A stretch of 64,000 nucleotides of DNA. Source: Vicinamibacteria bacterium (GTDB lineage Bacteria > Acidobacteriota > Vicinamibacteria > Vicinamibacterales > UBA8438). The DNA lies in the NCBI GenBank assembly GCA_022820825.1, contig JAJEEU010000021.1, forward strand, positions 267 to 64,266, given 5' to 3'. Under the pieces are notes generated by a model that worked only from the letters and a program-made list of their open reading frames with translations, searched no databases and had not been told where the DNA came from. Positions 9,417 to 18,772 of this stretch are shown in pieces (the first letter of the stretch is position 1; each line of letters begins with the position of its first letter). Both the position numbers and the translations under genes were made by a program.

Positions 9417-9544
9417 GCGGTGAGCAGTCATCAGCCGGGCCGCGGCGGCAGAGAGTCGGCCGCTGGGAGCGCAGGCCGGGTAACCCCTGCCTGCGAGGCT
9501 GGTGTCTCTACCCCGAGCCTGGTTGATGACTGCTGACTGCTCAC
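9413..9544. repeat. 132-nt element with 28-nt imperfect inverted arms in the murD-ftsW spacer
   Basis: Left arm GTGAGCGGTGAGCAGTCATCAGCCGGGC (9413-9440). Right arm GCCTGGTTGATGACTGCTGACTGCTCAC (9517-9544). 24 of 28 positions are complementary, and the 76-nt interior contains further small hairpins. Confidence 0.6.
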
Positions 9545-9617
9545 GAACGGGGCGTACAAAGCGTATCGGCTGCGCCGGCTGCGCGCTGTAGGCGCGTACC
9601 GGCGCAAGGCGCAGAGC

Positions 9618-10718
9618 ATGGCACGGAAACTGAAATCCGACAAGCTGTTGTTCCTGTCCATCCTGCTGCTGGCCTGTACCAGCGTCGTGATGGTGTACAG
9701 CGCGTCGGCGCTGCTGGCCATGGACCGCTACGACCAGCCCTATTTCTTCCTGTCCAAGCAGGCGATCTGGATAGTGCTCGGCATGGCGTTGCTGCTGGTG
9801 GCGAGCCAGGTGGACTACCGCCGGCTGCGGCATCCGTTTGTCATATGGACCCTCCTGGGGCTGACCGTGTCCGCGCTGATCGCGGTGCTGTTCGCGCAGC
9901 CCATCAACGGGACGCGGCGCTGGCTGGGCATCGCGGGCCTGGGCGTGCAACCGTCCGAGCTCTCGAAGCTGGCCGTGATTCTGTTCGCCGCAGCGGTTCT
10001 CGAGCGCAGGATGCACCGGATAAACGACATCGGGTACTCGCTGCCGCCGATCGTGTTCGCCAGCGGCGCGATCGGCGCGCTGATCCTGCTCCAGCCCGAT
10101 TTCGGCACCACGCTGGTGTTGCTGCTCATCGTCGGCGCCATGGTCTTCGCCGCAGGTCTCAGCTACCAGTACCTGGTGGGCGTCGGAGCCGCGCTGCTGC
10201 CGCTCCTGTACATGGTGCTGACGAGCGCCGAATACCGCCGCCGGCGCATGCTCGCTTTCCTCGATCCCTGGGAAGATCCGCTCGGCGACGGCTTTCAGAT
10301 CATCCAGGCGCAGATCGCCGTGGGGACGGGCGGCCTGTTCGGGCAGGGATTGATGGCGGGGGTGCAGAAGCTGTTCTATCTGCCGTACCCGCATACCGAC
10401 TTCATCTACGCCGTCATCGCCGAGGAGACGGGTCTGATCGGCGCGTCGATCATCCTGTTGTGCTTCTGCGTCATTGTCCTGCGCGGCTTCCGCGTGGCGG
10501 CGCTGGCGCCCGACCGGTTCGGTGCGCTGCTGGCTGCCGGACTGACCACGATGGTTGCGTTGCAGGCGTTCGTCAACATCAGCGTGGTGCTCGGATTGCT
10601 GCCCACCACGGGGATCCCGCTGCCGCTGGTGAGCGCCGGCGGGTCTTCGCTGCTCGTGAGTCTGGTGGGCATGGGGATCCTGTTGAACATCTCGCAGCAC
10701 GCGTCGGCCGAGACATGA
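9618..10718 (+). CDS. ftsW: SEDS-family peptidoglycan glycosyltransferase FtsW
   Basis: Ten-TM SEDS protein (QPSELSKLA, HTDFIYAVIAEE, PLPLVSAGGSS motifs) in the dcw position. Confidence 0.9.
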   Translation: MARKLKSDKLLFLSILLLACTSVVMVYSASALLAMDRYDQPYFFLSKQAIWIVLGMALLLVASQVDYRRLRHPFVIWTLLGLTVSALIAVLFAQPINGTRRWLGIAGLGVQPSELSKLAVILFAAAVLERRMHRINDIGYSLPPIVFASGAIGALILLQPDFGTTLVLLLIVGAMVFAAGLSYQYLVGVGAALLPLLYMVLTSAEYRRRRMLAFLDPWEDPLGDGFQIIQAQIAVGTGGLFGQGLMAGVQKLFYLPYPHTDFIYAVIAEETGLIGASIILLCFCVIVLRGFRVAALAPDRFGALLAAGLTTMVALQAFVNISVVLGLLPTTGIPLPLVSAGGSSLLVSLVGMGILLNISQHASAET

Positions 10719-10727
10719 GGTTCGTAC

Positions 10728-11858
10728 TTGCCCCGGGAGCATGCCGCGTCGACGTCGAGCCGTGCCGCCCGCGTGCTGTTTGCCGGCGGCGGAACGGGCG
10801 GACATCTGTTTCCGGGCATCGCGGTCGCGCACGAGTTGCGCCGCCGGCATCCGGCAGCCCACATCGTGTTCGCCGGCAGCGGGAAGGCGCTGGAGGCGCG
10901 GATCGTGGAACGCGGCGGATTCGCGCTGGATCGCATCCGGACGCGCGGGCTGGTGGGGCAGTCGGCGGGTGGCCTCCTGCGCGGTCTGGCGCTGTTGCCG
11001 GTGAGCATGTTCGATGCGGCAGCGCTCCTCCGCCGTCACAAGCCCCGGCTGGTGGTCGGGCTCGGCGGCTACAGCTCCGGCCCCCTGGTGCTGTGCGCGG
11101 CGCTGGGTGGCCTGCCGACCATGCTGCTGGAGCAAAACGCCGTACCCGGCGTGACCAACCGGATCCTCGCACGCGTCGTGCGCGCGGCCGCCGTCCCGTC
11201 GGAAGCGGCCCTGCCGTACTTCCGCGGCCACGGCTTCGTGAGCGGCAATCCGGTGCGCGCGGGCTTCTTTGCAGCGGACCGGCCGGCCGGGGATGCGGAA
11301 ACCGGTGAGGTGCACGTGCTGGTGATTGGCGGCTCGCAGGGCGCTCACACGATCAACGCCGCCATGGTGGAGGCGGCCGGGGACATCGTGCGCTCGATGC
11401 GGCCGATTCGCCTCACTCACCAGACGGGCGAGCGTGACCTGCAGCTCGTGCGCGAGGGGTACCGGGCGGCCGGCCTGCCGGCGCGGGTGGCGCCGTTCAT
11501 CGAGGAGATGGATCGCGAGATGGCGGCCGCGCACCTGATCGTGTGTCGCGCCGGCGCGACCACGCTGGCGGAAGTCGCCGCCGCCGGGCGCCCCGCCGTG
11601 CTCGTGCCCTTCGGCCGTGCGGCGAACGACCACCAGCGACGCAATGCAGCCGTCATGGAGGCCGCCGGTGCGGCAGAGGTCATCGATGAGCGGGAGTTGT
11701 CGGGAGCGACGCTGGCGGCGCGGATCGTCGCGCTGGCGTCCGATGGCGAGCGGCGCACCGCGCTGGCCGCAGCGAGCCGCAGCCTCGCCAGACCGGACGC
11801 GGCCGCCACGGTCGTCGACCGGATGGAGGGTCTGCTCGCGTTGAGGGATGAACGCTGA
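10728..11858 (+). CDS. murG: UDP-N-acetylglucosamine--N-acetylmuramyl-(pentapeptide) pyrophosphoryl-undecaprenol GlcNAc transferase
   Basis: GGGTGGHLFPGIAVA N-terminal motif and GT28 C-terminal domain. Start uncertain: TTG at 10728 or GTG at 10773. Confidence 0.9.
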   Translation: MPREHAASTSSRAARVLFAGGGTGGHLFPGIAVAHELRRRHPAAHIVFAGSGKALEARIVERGGFALDRIRTRGLVGQSAGGLLRGLALLPVSMFDAAALLRRHKPRLVVGLGGYSSGPLVLCAALGGLPTMLLEQNAVPGVTNRILARVVRAAAVPSEAALPYFRGHGFVSGNPVRAGFFAADRPAGDAETGEVHVLVIGGSQGAHTINAAMVEAAGDIVRSMRPIRLTHQTGERDLQLVREGYRAAGLPARVAPFIEEMDREMAAAHLIVCRAGATTLAEVAAAGRPAVLVPFGRAANDHQRRNAAVMEAAGAAEVIDERELSGATLAARIVALASDGERRTALAAASRSLARPDAAATVVDRMEGLLALRDER

Positions 11859-11860
11859 CG

Positions 11861-13288
11861 TTGCCGCGCACGGTCGGGCCGGGGACGCGCGTCCACCTGG
11901 TGGGCGTGGGAGGTAGCGGGATGAGCGCAATCGCCGAGTTGCTCGTGCATCTCGGTTGCGTGGTGAGCGGATCGGATCTCCGCCGCACGTCCGTTACGGA
12001 GCGGCTGTCGGGTTTGGGTGTGCGCATTGCCGACCAGCATGCGGCGAGTCACGTCGAAGGCGCCGAGGTCGTCGTGTATTCGAGCGCCGTGCCGGCCGAC
12101 AACCCGGAACGGCGGGCCGCGGCGCGCCGCCCCGTGGCGCTGCTGCCGCGGGGTGAGATGCTGGCGCAACTGGCCGGCACGAAGCGCGGGGTGGCGGTGG
12201 CGGGCTCGCACGGCAAGACGACGACCGCGGCCATGGCGGCGCTCGTGCTTCTGGCCGGCGGGCTCGACCCCACGGTCGTCATCGGCGGCACGTTGCCGGC
12301 GATCGAGGGTGGCGCGCGCCTGGGGCGGGGGCAGTTGATCGTGGTGGAAGCGGACGAGAGCGACCGCTCGTTTCTCCGTCTGTCGCCCGAAGTGGCGGTC
12401 TTGACGAATCTCGACGAGGAGCACCTGGACGCGTACGCCGGCATGGCGGATCTGGAAGACGCCTTCGTGCGCTTTGCGGAGCGGGTACCGGCCGGTGGCT
12501 GCATTGTGGCGTGCGGCGACGATCCCGGGCTGCGGCGGCTGCTGCCGCGCCTGCGAGGCGGCGCCGCGGCGCGCGGTGTCAACGTGATGACCTGTGGAAC
12601 GGGCGATCCCGGGGCGCGGATGCACGCGCACGACATCAAGCTCCATGCATCCGGGTCCGCATGCCGCGTGGGCATCGCCGACGCGGGGGAAACGGAGTTC
12701 GAGCTGCGCCTCGCAGTGCCGGGGCGCCACAACTTGGGGAACGCCCTGGCCGCCGTGGCGGCGGGCATGCATTTCGACGTGCCGCCGCGCGTGGCAGCCG
12801 CCGCGTTGGCGCGCTACCAGGGGGCCGAGCGGCGCCTGCAGCGCCATGGAAAAGTCGCGGGCGTTACGGTGATCGACGACTACGGCCACCACCCCACCGA
12901 GATCGAAGCGGTGCTCGAGACGGTACGGCTCGGTGCGCCCGCGCGCGTCCGCGTGGTGTTCCAACCCCATCGGTACAGCCGGACGATTCGCTTGCTGGAG
13001 CGGTTCGGCGCGGCGTTCGCGGCGGCCGACGACGTGCTCCTCGCGGCTGTCTACGGAGCCGGCGAGACGCCCATACCCGGTGCGACGGCCGAGGCGATCG
13101 CCGCCGCGATCAGGCGCGTCTCGGGGACGCCGGTGCGGGTCGTCGAATCGCTCGACGCGATTCCGGAGCTGGTCGCGGCCGAGGCGGGCGCGGGAGATGT
13201 CGTCGTAACGCTGGGCGCCGGATCGATCGCGACCGTCCCGGGGCGGATTGTCGCAGCGCTCCGCCGCAAGGCCGGAGGCAGTCCATGA
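11861..13288 (+). CDS. murC: UDP-N-acetylmuramate--L-alanine ligase
   Basis: VHLVGVGGSGMSAIAELL and GSHGKTTT motifs. TTG start 2 nt after the murG stop. Confidence 0.9.
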   Translation: MPRTVGPGTRVHLVGVGGSGMSAIAELLVHLGCVVSGSDLRRTSVTERLSGLGVRIADQHAASHVEGAEVVVYSSAVPADNPERRAAARRPVALLPRGEMLAQLAGTKRGVAVAGSHGKTTTAAMAALVLLAGGLDPTVVIGGTLPAIEGGARLGRGQLIVVEADESDRSFLRLSPEVAVLTNLDEEHLDAYAGMADLEDAFVRFAERVPAGGCIVACGDDPGLRRLLPRLRGGAAARGVNVMTCGTGDPGARMHAHDIKLHASGSACRVGIADAGETEFELRLAVPGRHNLGNALAAVAAGMHFDVPPRVAAAALARYQGAERRLQRHGKVAGVTVIDDYGHHPTEIEAVLETVRLGAPARVRVVFQPHRYSRTIRLLERFGAAFAAADDVLLAAVYGAGETPIPGATAEAIAAAIRRVSGTPVRVVESLDAIPELVAAEAGAGDVVVTLGAGSIATVPGRIVAALRRKAGGSP

Positions 13289-14106
13289 CCGGCGTGCGGT
13301 TGCAGGCGGACAAGCGGTTCAGGCGCGCGCGCGTACAGCCGTTCCCCAAGCGGTCCTTCCGGATGTCCGGCCGCGCCGTGCGGCTATTGCTGGCGCTGAG
13401 CGTGGCCGCGGTCGGGACTTATTTCGGGCCGGAGCTCCTGCGCCACGCCGAGCTTCTGCACGTCGAGCACGTCGTAGTGACGGGCAACCGGCGCATCTCG
13501 AGTGAAGAGGTGCAGGCGCTGCTCGACCGGCTCCACGGCGCCAACATCCTGGAAGTCGATCTCGAGGCCAGCCGGCAAGAGCTGCTGAAGTCGGGGTGGG
13601 TACAGACAGCCACGTTGCGGCGGCTGCTGCCGGCAACGATTGAGGTGGCGATCACCGAGCGCGAGCCCGTCGGTCTGTTCCGCATGGGGACGCAGTTGTA
13701 TCTCGTCGATCCTGCGGGGACCGTGATCGACGAATACCAGCCGCAATTCGCCGATCTCCGGCTGCCGGTCATCGACGGCCTCGAAACGCGCGATCCCCGC
13801 GGATCGGCCGTCGATCGAGCGCGGACGCAACTTGCGGCGCGCCTGATGGGCGCCCTGACCGCGCGGCCGGACCTGGAGGATCTCGTATCCCAGATCGACG
13901 TGACCGATGCGGCGGACGCCGTCGTGCTGCTGAGCGGCGACCCGACGCTGCTGCATCTCGGCGATCAACGCTTTGTCGAACGCCTGGACCGGTATCTGGA
14001 GTTGGCGCAGGCGCTGAGGAGTGCGGTCCCGGAGATCGACTACGTCGACCTGCGGTATGACAAGCGCGTGTACGTCCGCCCGGCCGGCGGTGGATACACG
14101 CAGTGA
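13285..14106 (+). CDS. ftsQ: cell division protein FtsQ (POTRA domain)
   Basis: ATG at 13285 overlaps the murC stop (ATGA). One TM segment followed by a POTRA-like VVVTGNRRISSEEV region. Position before ftsA. Confidence 0.85.
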   Translation: MTGVRLQADKRFRRARVQPFPKRSFRMSGRAVRLLLALSVAAVGTYFGPELLRHAELLHVEHVVVTGNRRISSEEVQALLDRLHGANILEVDLEASRQELLKSGWVQTATLRRLLPATIEVAITEREPVGLFRMGTQLYLVDPAGTVIDEYQPQFADLRLPVIDGLETRDPRGSAVDRARTQLAARLMGALTARPDLEDLVSQIDVTDAADAVVLLSGDPTLLHLGDQRFVERLDRYLELAQALRSAVPEIDYVDLRYDKRVYVRPAGGGYTQ

Positions 14107-14133
14107 CCAGCGGAGACTGGCGGCGGAGGACGC

Positions 14134-15369
14134 GTGGCGCAGATTGAGCAGTATCTCGTCGGCCTTGACGTGGGGACGTCATCCATCGTGGCCGTGGTGG
14201 CCGAGGCGCTCGAGGACGGCAGCCTGGACGTCGTCGGCATCGGCCGCGCGGAGTCGTCCGGCATTCGCCGCGGCTCGGTGGTCAATCTCGATGCCGCGGT
14301 CGAGTCGATCAAGCAGGCCATCGAGGAGGCGGAGTTGACCGCCGGTGTCGAGATCGATTCCGTGCACCTCGGGTTGTCGGGGACGCACGCAAAGGCCTTC
14401 AACAGCCGCGGCGTCGTTGCCGTGACGGGCAAGAACCGGGAGATAACGCGCGAGGACGTACGGCGGGCCATCGACGCGGCCAAGGCCGTGGCGCTGCCGA
14501 GCGGGCGCGAGATCGTCCACGTCCTGCCGCAGGACTTCGTCGTGGACGAGCAGGAGGGCATAGACGCGCCGGTCGGGATGACCGGCACGCGGCTGGAGGT
14601 CAACGTGCACGTGGTCACCGGCAGCACCGCCTCGACGCAAAACGTCGTGGCCTGCGTCAACCGCGTGGGCGTCGCGGTCGTCGACACCACGCTCGAACAG
14701 TTGGCTGCGGCGGATGCAGTGCTGACGGAGGACGAGAAGGAGCTGGGGGTGGCGCTGGTCGACATCGGCGGCGGCACGACGGACTTCGCCATCTACGAGA
14801 AGGGCAGCCTGTGGCACACGGGCGCTCTCGCGCTGGGCGGGGAACACCTCACCAACGACATTGCGGTCGGCCTGCGCATGCCGATCCCGGACGCCGAGAA
14901 GACCAAGCGCCGCTACGGGTGCGCGCTGGCCAGCCTGCTGGACGAGAACGAGACCATCGACGTGGCCAGCGTTGGCGGCCGCCCGCAACGCACGATACCG
15001 CGGCGGATTCTCGCGGACGTCATCCAGCCGCGCGTGGAGGATCTCTTCCGCCGCCTGTGGGACGAGATTCGCAACGATGGCTACGAGCGCTCACTGCATT
15101 CCGGCATCGTCCTGGCGGGCGGCACGGGGATGCTCGACGGCATCATGGAAGTGGCCGGCCAGATGTTCGATCTCCAGATCCGGCGCGGGCACCCGGTAGG
15201 CGTGGGCGGTCTTGCCGATCATGTGAGCAACCCCGCATTCGCGACCGCGGTCGGGCTGGTGATGCATGCCCACCGCAAGCAGATGGCGGAACGCGATCAA
15301 GCGCCCGGCGTCGGCGTGTTGAGCCGTACGGCGCTGCGCCTGCGCGGGCTCTTCAAGGAATTTTTCTGA
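14134..15369 (+). CDS. ftsA: cell division protein FtsA
   Basis: Actin-like ATPase ([21 protein letters not shown]). Located between ftsQ and ftsZ. Confidence 0.9.
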   Translation: MAQIEQYLVGLDVGTSSIVAVVAEALEDGSLDVVGIGRAESSGIRRGSVVNLDAAVESIKQAIEEAELTAGVEIDSVHLGLSGTHAKAFNSRGVVAVTGKNREITREDVRRAIDAAKAVALPSGREIVHVLPQDFVVDEQEGIDAPVGMTGTRLEVNVHVVTGSTASTQNVVACVNRVGVAVVDTTLEQLAAADAVLTEDEKELGVALVDIGGGTTDFAIYEKGSLWHTGALALGGEHLTNDIAVGLRMPIPDAEKTKRRYGCALASLLDENETIDVASVGGRPQRTIPRRILADVIQPRVEDLFRRLWDEIRNDGYERSLHSGIVLAGGTGMLDGIMEVAGQMFDLQIRRGHPVGVGGLADHVSNPAFATAVGLVMHAHRKQMAERDQAPGVGVLSRTALRLRGLFKEFF

Positions 15370-15404
15370 ACGGAACGGACGTCGAAAGAGGAGGAAGGCA
15401 AGCC

Positions 15405-16664
15405 ATGACGGAGCAGCACAGCGGTGACGGCAACGATGATTGGACCGATGTCGACGACATGCGCCTGTCACTCGACGCCGCTGCGGACCCGGGCGCTCGA
15501 ATCAAGGTGATCGGGGTCGGCGGCGGCGGCGGCAACGCCGTGGAGCAGATGGTCGGCGCCGGGATAATGGGCGTCGAGTTCATTGTCGCCAATACGGATA
15601 CGCAGGCGCTCGCGCGCAGCACGGCGCCCGTACGGCTGCAGATCGGCGCCAAGTTGACTAAGGGACTCGGCGCGGGCGCCGATCCGAATATGGGACGACG
15701 GGCGGCGCTCGAGGACACGGGCGAGCTGATCGGCGCTCTGGACGGCGCCGACATGGTGTTCGTCACCGCCGGTCTCGGCGGTGGCACGGGCACCGGCGCG
15801 GCCCCGGTCATCGCCAATCTGGCGACCGAGCTCGGGGCGCTGACGGTGGCGGTTGTCACCAAGCCGTTCGCCTTCGAAGGGAAACAGCGCGCCCTGCAGG
15901 CCGCGCGCGGGCTCGAAGAGCTCCGCAAGTGCGTCGACACGGTGATTACCATTCCGAACGAGCGGGTGCTCTCCATGGTCGACCGCAAGACCAGCCTGAC
16001 GCAGGCGTTCGCCACGGTCGACGAAGTGCTCCTGCAGGCGATTCAGGGAATATCCGACCTCGTGCTCGTGCCGGGGCTCATCAATCTCGACTTCGCGGAC
16101 GTCAGCACCATCATGTCGCGCATGGGGCTGGCCATCATGGGCACGGGCGTCGGCCGCGGGGAGACGCGCGCCATCGACGCCGCGACGCGCGCCATATCCA
16201 GCCCGTTGCTGGAAGACGTCTCGGTCGACGGCGCGCGCGGCGTTCTCGTCAACGTCACGGGCGGCCACGACATCAGCATGATCGAGGTGAGCGAGGCGGC
16301 GTCGGTCGTCCAGCAGGCGGCGGACGAGGACGCAAACATCATCTTCGGGGCTGTCGTCGACCCGCAAATGGAGGGCGAGATAAAGATAACCGTGATTGCC
16401 ACCGGCTTCACGGACGCCGCAGAGGAGTCGGAGGAGGTGTCACGAACGGCGCAGACGCCGGTCGATCTCGAGGCGTACGCCGGTTGGCGGCGGTCCGAGC
16501 CCGAGGCGGCGCCCACCGCCGAACCGGTCGAGGAGCCCGTGGCGGATGCTGCCGACGCGTCCGTGCCGGAGGAGCCACAGCCGGCAACCGACGCCGACGA
16601 TGCGGAGATAGACGTCGACATGACGCTCGACGAAGCGCCGCAGGCCATGCAGGCCCGCAGGTAA
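15405..16664 (+). CDS. ftsZ: cell division protein FtsZ
   Basis: [10 protein letters not shown] tubulin signature and NTDxQAL. Strong RBS GAGGAGGAAGG lies 6 nt upstream of the ATG at 15405. About 30-aa acidic N-terminal extension and a long acidic C-terminal linker. Confidence 0.95.
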   Translation: MTEQHSGDGNDDWTDVDDMRLSLDAAADPGARIKVIGVGGGGGNAVEQMVGAGIMGVEFIVANTDTQALARSTAPVRLQIGAKLTKGLGAGADPNMGRRAALEDTGELIGALDGADMVFVTAGLGGGTGTGAAPVIANLATELGALTVAVVTKPFAFEGKQRALQAARGLEELRKCVDTVITIPNERVLSMVDRKTSLTQAFATVDEVLLQAIQGISDLVLVPGLINLDFADVSTIMSRMGLAIMGTGVGRGETRAIDAATRAISSPLLEDVSVDGARGVLVNVTGGHDISMIEVSEAASVVQQAADEDANIIFGAVVDPQMEGEIKITVIATGFTDAAEESEEVSRTAQTPVDLEAYAGWRRSEPEAAPTAEPVEEPVADAADASVPEEPQPATDADDAEIDVDMTLDEAPQAMQARR

Positions 16665-16674
16665 CACCGGCCTC

Positions 16675-16983
16675 CTAAGCGGTTCGGTCGTCTGCGAAGG
16701 ATTGCTCGTACGCGGCGTACTCGCGGAGGATCAACTCGCGGAGCGGGTCGGTCCCGCCGGCGTCCCCGGCAGCCCGCAGCAGCACGTAGTGGCGCCGCTC
16801 GCCGTTGACCGTGTACTGCCGTGCAGGAAAGGTAACCCCGCGCCCGCGGTCGTCGCGCCCGTCCCAGACGGTGAAGCCCACCAGCTTCAATCCCGCGAGG
16901 ATCCCCTCGGAAAAGTGCAGCTCGGCGTCTGCCAGCTTGCCGGCCGGCGCACCGGCGGTGCTCGGAACGATTTTCACCGTCAT
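16675..16983 (-). CDS. hypothetical small protein (102 aa), possibly SpoVG-like fold
   Basis: ATG at 16983 is preceded by GGGAGAG. Convergent with ftsZ, with a 10-nt gap. Weak pattern similarity to SpoVG (hydrophobic strand, then G..VTFPAR, then a C-terminal helix LRELILREY). No confident family assignment. Confidence 0.55.
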   Translation of the reverse strand: MTVKIVPSTAGAPAGKLADAELHFSEGILAGLKLVGFTVWDGRDDRGRGVTFPARQYTVNGERRHYVLLRAAGDAGGTDPLRELILREYAAYEQSFADDRTA

Positions 16984-17153
16984 GTCGCTCTCCCTGGAGT
17001 TCATGATCCATTGCGGGACGCAAGTCGCGTGCCGTCGGGAGGAACGATCGCGCTGTCCGCGCAACCGACAGAAACCGCGGGGTTTGTAGAACTACACCAG
17101 CGCCGCGGGCAGGTCGTCCGGACGAAAACGGCGCCGGACGCAAACCGTGGAAG

Positions 17154-18005
17154 TCAGCTCCCCAGCAACATGACCTGGGCCAGCGCGAAGTCGCCCGAGT
17201 GACTGATGGCGACCAGGGAGCGGGTCGCGCCCAGCGCATCGAAGCGGCGGGCCGCGGCGCCGTGGAACTGCAGCCGCGGCGGGCCGGTCTCGCGCAACAG
17301 TTCCACGCTGCGCCAGACGACACCGTGGGAATGGCCGGTGCCGAGCGCCTTCATCGCCGCCTCCTTGGCCGCGAAGCGCGCTGCGAGGTGCTGCGCGGGC
17401 CGCGCCCGGCGCAGGCAATACGCCGCTTCGGCCCCGGTGAATACGCGCTCTACGAAGCGGGTTCCATGGCGTTCCAGCAACGCGCCGACGCGCGTCACGG
17501 ATTCGATGTCGATGCCAATGCCGAGGACACCGCGCGCGGCGGCGGCGTCAGCGATGGGAACAGGCGGCGCCGGACGGGACGCTTCCGGACGGCCGCCGCC
17601 GGCAGCGCGGTCCATCGCCGCATTTGCCAGCCGGTCGGCCTCCACGTTGGCAGCTCTGCGCACGTGTTCGAACTGCACGCGGCCGAGCCGCCTGACGATC
17701 GCCGCCGCCTCCGCGTGCAAGGTTTTCAGCGCAGGGTGGCGGACCTTGAACTGTCCGGTCATCTGCCGGGTAAGCAACTCGGAGTCCGACCGGATGACCG
17801 CGTCGCGATAGCCGTTCCTGTCCAGCCACGTCAGGGCGGCCAGCAGGCCACGGTACTCTGCAACGTTGTTCGTGGCGACGCCAATGGCGCCGTTCAGTTC
17901 CTCGATGAGCGCGCCGTCGCCGGCCTCGACGCGCACGCCGTAGCCGGCCGGACCGGGATTCCCGCGGGAGCCGCCGTCAATGTAGGCGACGACAGGAGCA
18001 GTCAT
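17154..18005 (-). CDS. RNase HI domain fused to holo-ACP synthase (AcpS, 4'-phosphopantetheinyl transferase)
   Basis: The N-terminal half has RNase H DEDD residues (YIDGGSRGNPGPAGYG, NNVAEY, RSDSEL, EADRLAN). The C-terminal half is AcpS (GIGIDIE, HLAARFAAKEAAMKALG). There is no ATG/GTG/TTG in the linker, so AcpS has no independent start. ATG at 18005 overlaps the upstream stop (ATGA). Confidence 0.85.
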   Translation of the reverse strand: MTAPVVAYIDGGSRGNPGPAGYGVRVEAGDGALIEELNGAIGVATNNVAEYRGLLAALTWLDRNGYRDAVIRSDSELLTRQMTGQFKVRHPALKTLHAEAAAIVRRLGRVQFEHVRRAANVEADRLANAAMDRAAGGGRPEASRPAPPVPIADAAAARGVLGIGIDIESVTRVGALLERHGTRFVERVFTGAEAAYCLRRARPAQHLAARFAAKEAAMKALGTGHSHGVVWRSVELLRETGPPRLQFHGAAARRFDALGATRSLVAISHSGDFALAQVMLLGS

Positions 18006-18739
18006 CCCGCGGACTTGCTCTCCGAAGCGGGCGCCTCCCCGTCGAAGTACAGCACGCGCTGGCAGCTCTCGCACTGGATGAGCCGGCTGTTCGAGAGCAC
18101 GTCGTTGAACAGTTGTGGGCGCAGCCGGACCTGGCACGAAGAGCACCGCCCATCCCGCGCCGCAGCGACGGCCAGACCGTTGCGGCGCTGTGCGACGGTC
18201 TCGAACAGCGACAGCAGGCGGGGCGCCAGCGAGCCGACGTGCCGCGTGCGCTCGTCAACCAGTTGCTCCAGTCTGGTTTCCAGCGTGCCCTGCTCGTGCT
18301 CGAGCGCGGCGCGTTCCGCGTCGACCGCGCCCTGCTCCGCGTTCAGGCGGCCTTCGGCGCGCTCGACGTCCCCCGTCAGGTCATCTCCGTCGATCATCCG
18401 TTGGAGGATGTCGTCTTCCAGGCGGCGGTGCTCGTCTTCGGCGGCGGCGATCTCGTGCTGCATCGCCTGGTATTCCTTGTTGGTCTTGACCTGCATGAGC
18501 TGGTCGCGGAACCGTTCCAGGCGGGCCTGAACCGCCGCGAGCTGCTTTTCCAGCTCCAAGCGGTCCTTGCGCAGGTCCTCCAGCGCTTGCTGCGCATGCG
18601 CCAGCGCCCCCGTACACGCTTCGACCCGTGCGCTGAGCGCGTCGATGCTGGCCGGGATTTCGCCAATCCGGGAGCGGGCAACCGCGGCTTCGTCTTCGAG
18701 CCGCTGCAATTCGATCAGTTGTTCGAGGTCGGACAGCAT
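18002..18739 (-). CDS. COG1579/DUF164 coiled-coil protein with C-terminal C4 zinc ribbon
   Basis: Long heptad-rich coiled coil with the KTNKEYQAMQHEI motif and a C-terminal CSSC...CESC zinc ribbon. Confidence 0.85.
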   Translation of the reverse strand: MLSDLEQLIELQRLEDEAAVARSRIGEIPASIDALSARVEACTGALAHAQQALEDLRKDRLELEKQLAAVQARLERFRDQLMQVKTNKEYQAMQHEIAAAEDEHRRLEDDILQRMIDGDDLTGDVERAEGRLNAEQGAVDAERAALEHEQGTLETRLEQLVDERTRHVGSLAPRLLSLFETVAQRRNGLAVAAARDGRCSSCQVRLRPQLFNDVLSNSRLIQCESCQRVLYFDGEAPASESKSAG

Positions 18740-18747
18740 CGACGGGC

Positions 18748-18772
18748 AAAAAAAAGCCCCGCGTAGCGGGGC
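18748..18772 (-). terminator. intrinsic terminator downstream of tRNA(CAU)
   Basis: The minus strand reads GCCCCGC-TAC-GCGGGGC followed by TTTTTTTT (perfect 7-bp GC stem, 3-nt loop, U8 tract). Confidence 0.75.

Noticed and set aside
7725-11930. A 1401-aa minus-strand ORF spanning mraY/murD/ftsW/murG/murC. It is the longest ORF in the track.
   Set aside because: It is antisense to five well-recognised dcw genes. Its translation is low-complexity and Arg/Gly/Ala/Pro-rich with no recognisable domain. Long stop-free antisense frames are expected in very GC-rich coding DNA.
14811-16664. A 617-aa ORF implying an FtsZ with a 198-aa N-terminal extension overlapping ftsA.
   Set aside because: A strong RBS (GAGGAGGAAGG) precedes the internal ATG at 15405, and the upstream part overlaps ftsA in another frame.
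16384-16664. The FtsZ C-terminus lacks an obvious canonical D-I-P-x-F-L-R peptide; it ends [19 protein letters not shown].
   Set aside because: The tail still has a Pro followed by a hydrophobic residue and then basic residues, and could be a divergent version. C-terminal peptides vary widely between phyla, so this is not a distinct finding without an alignment.
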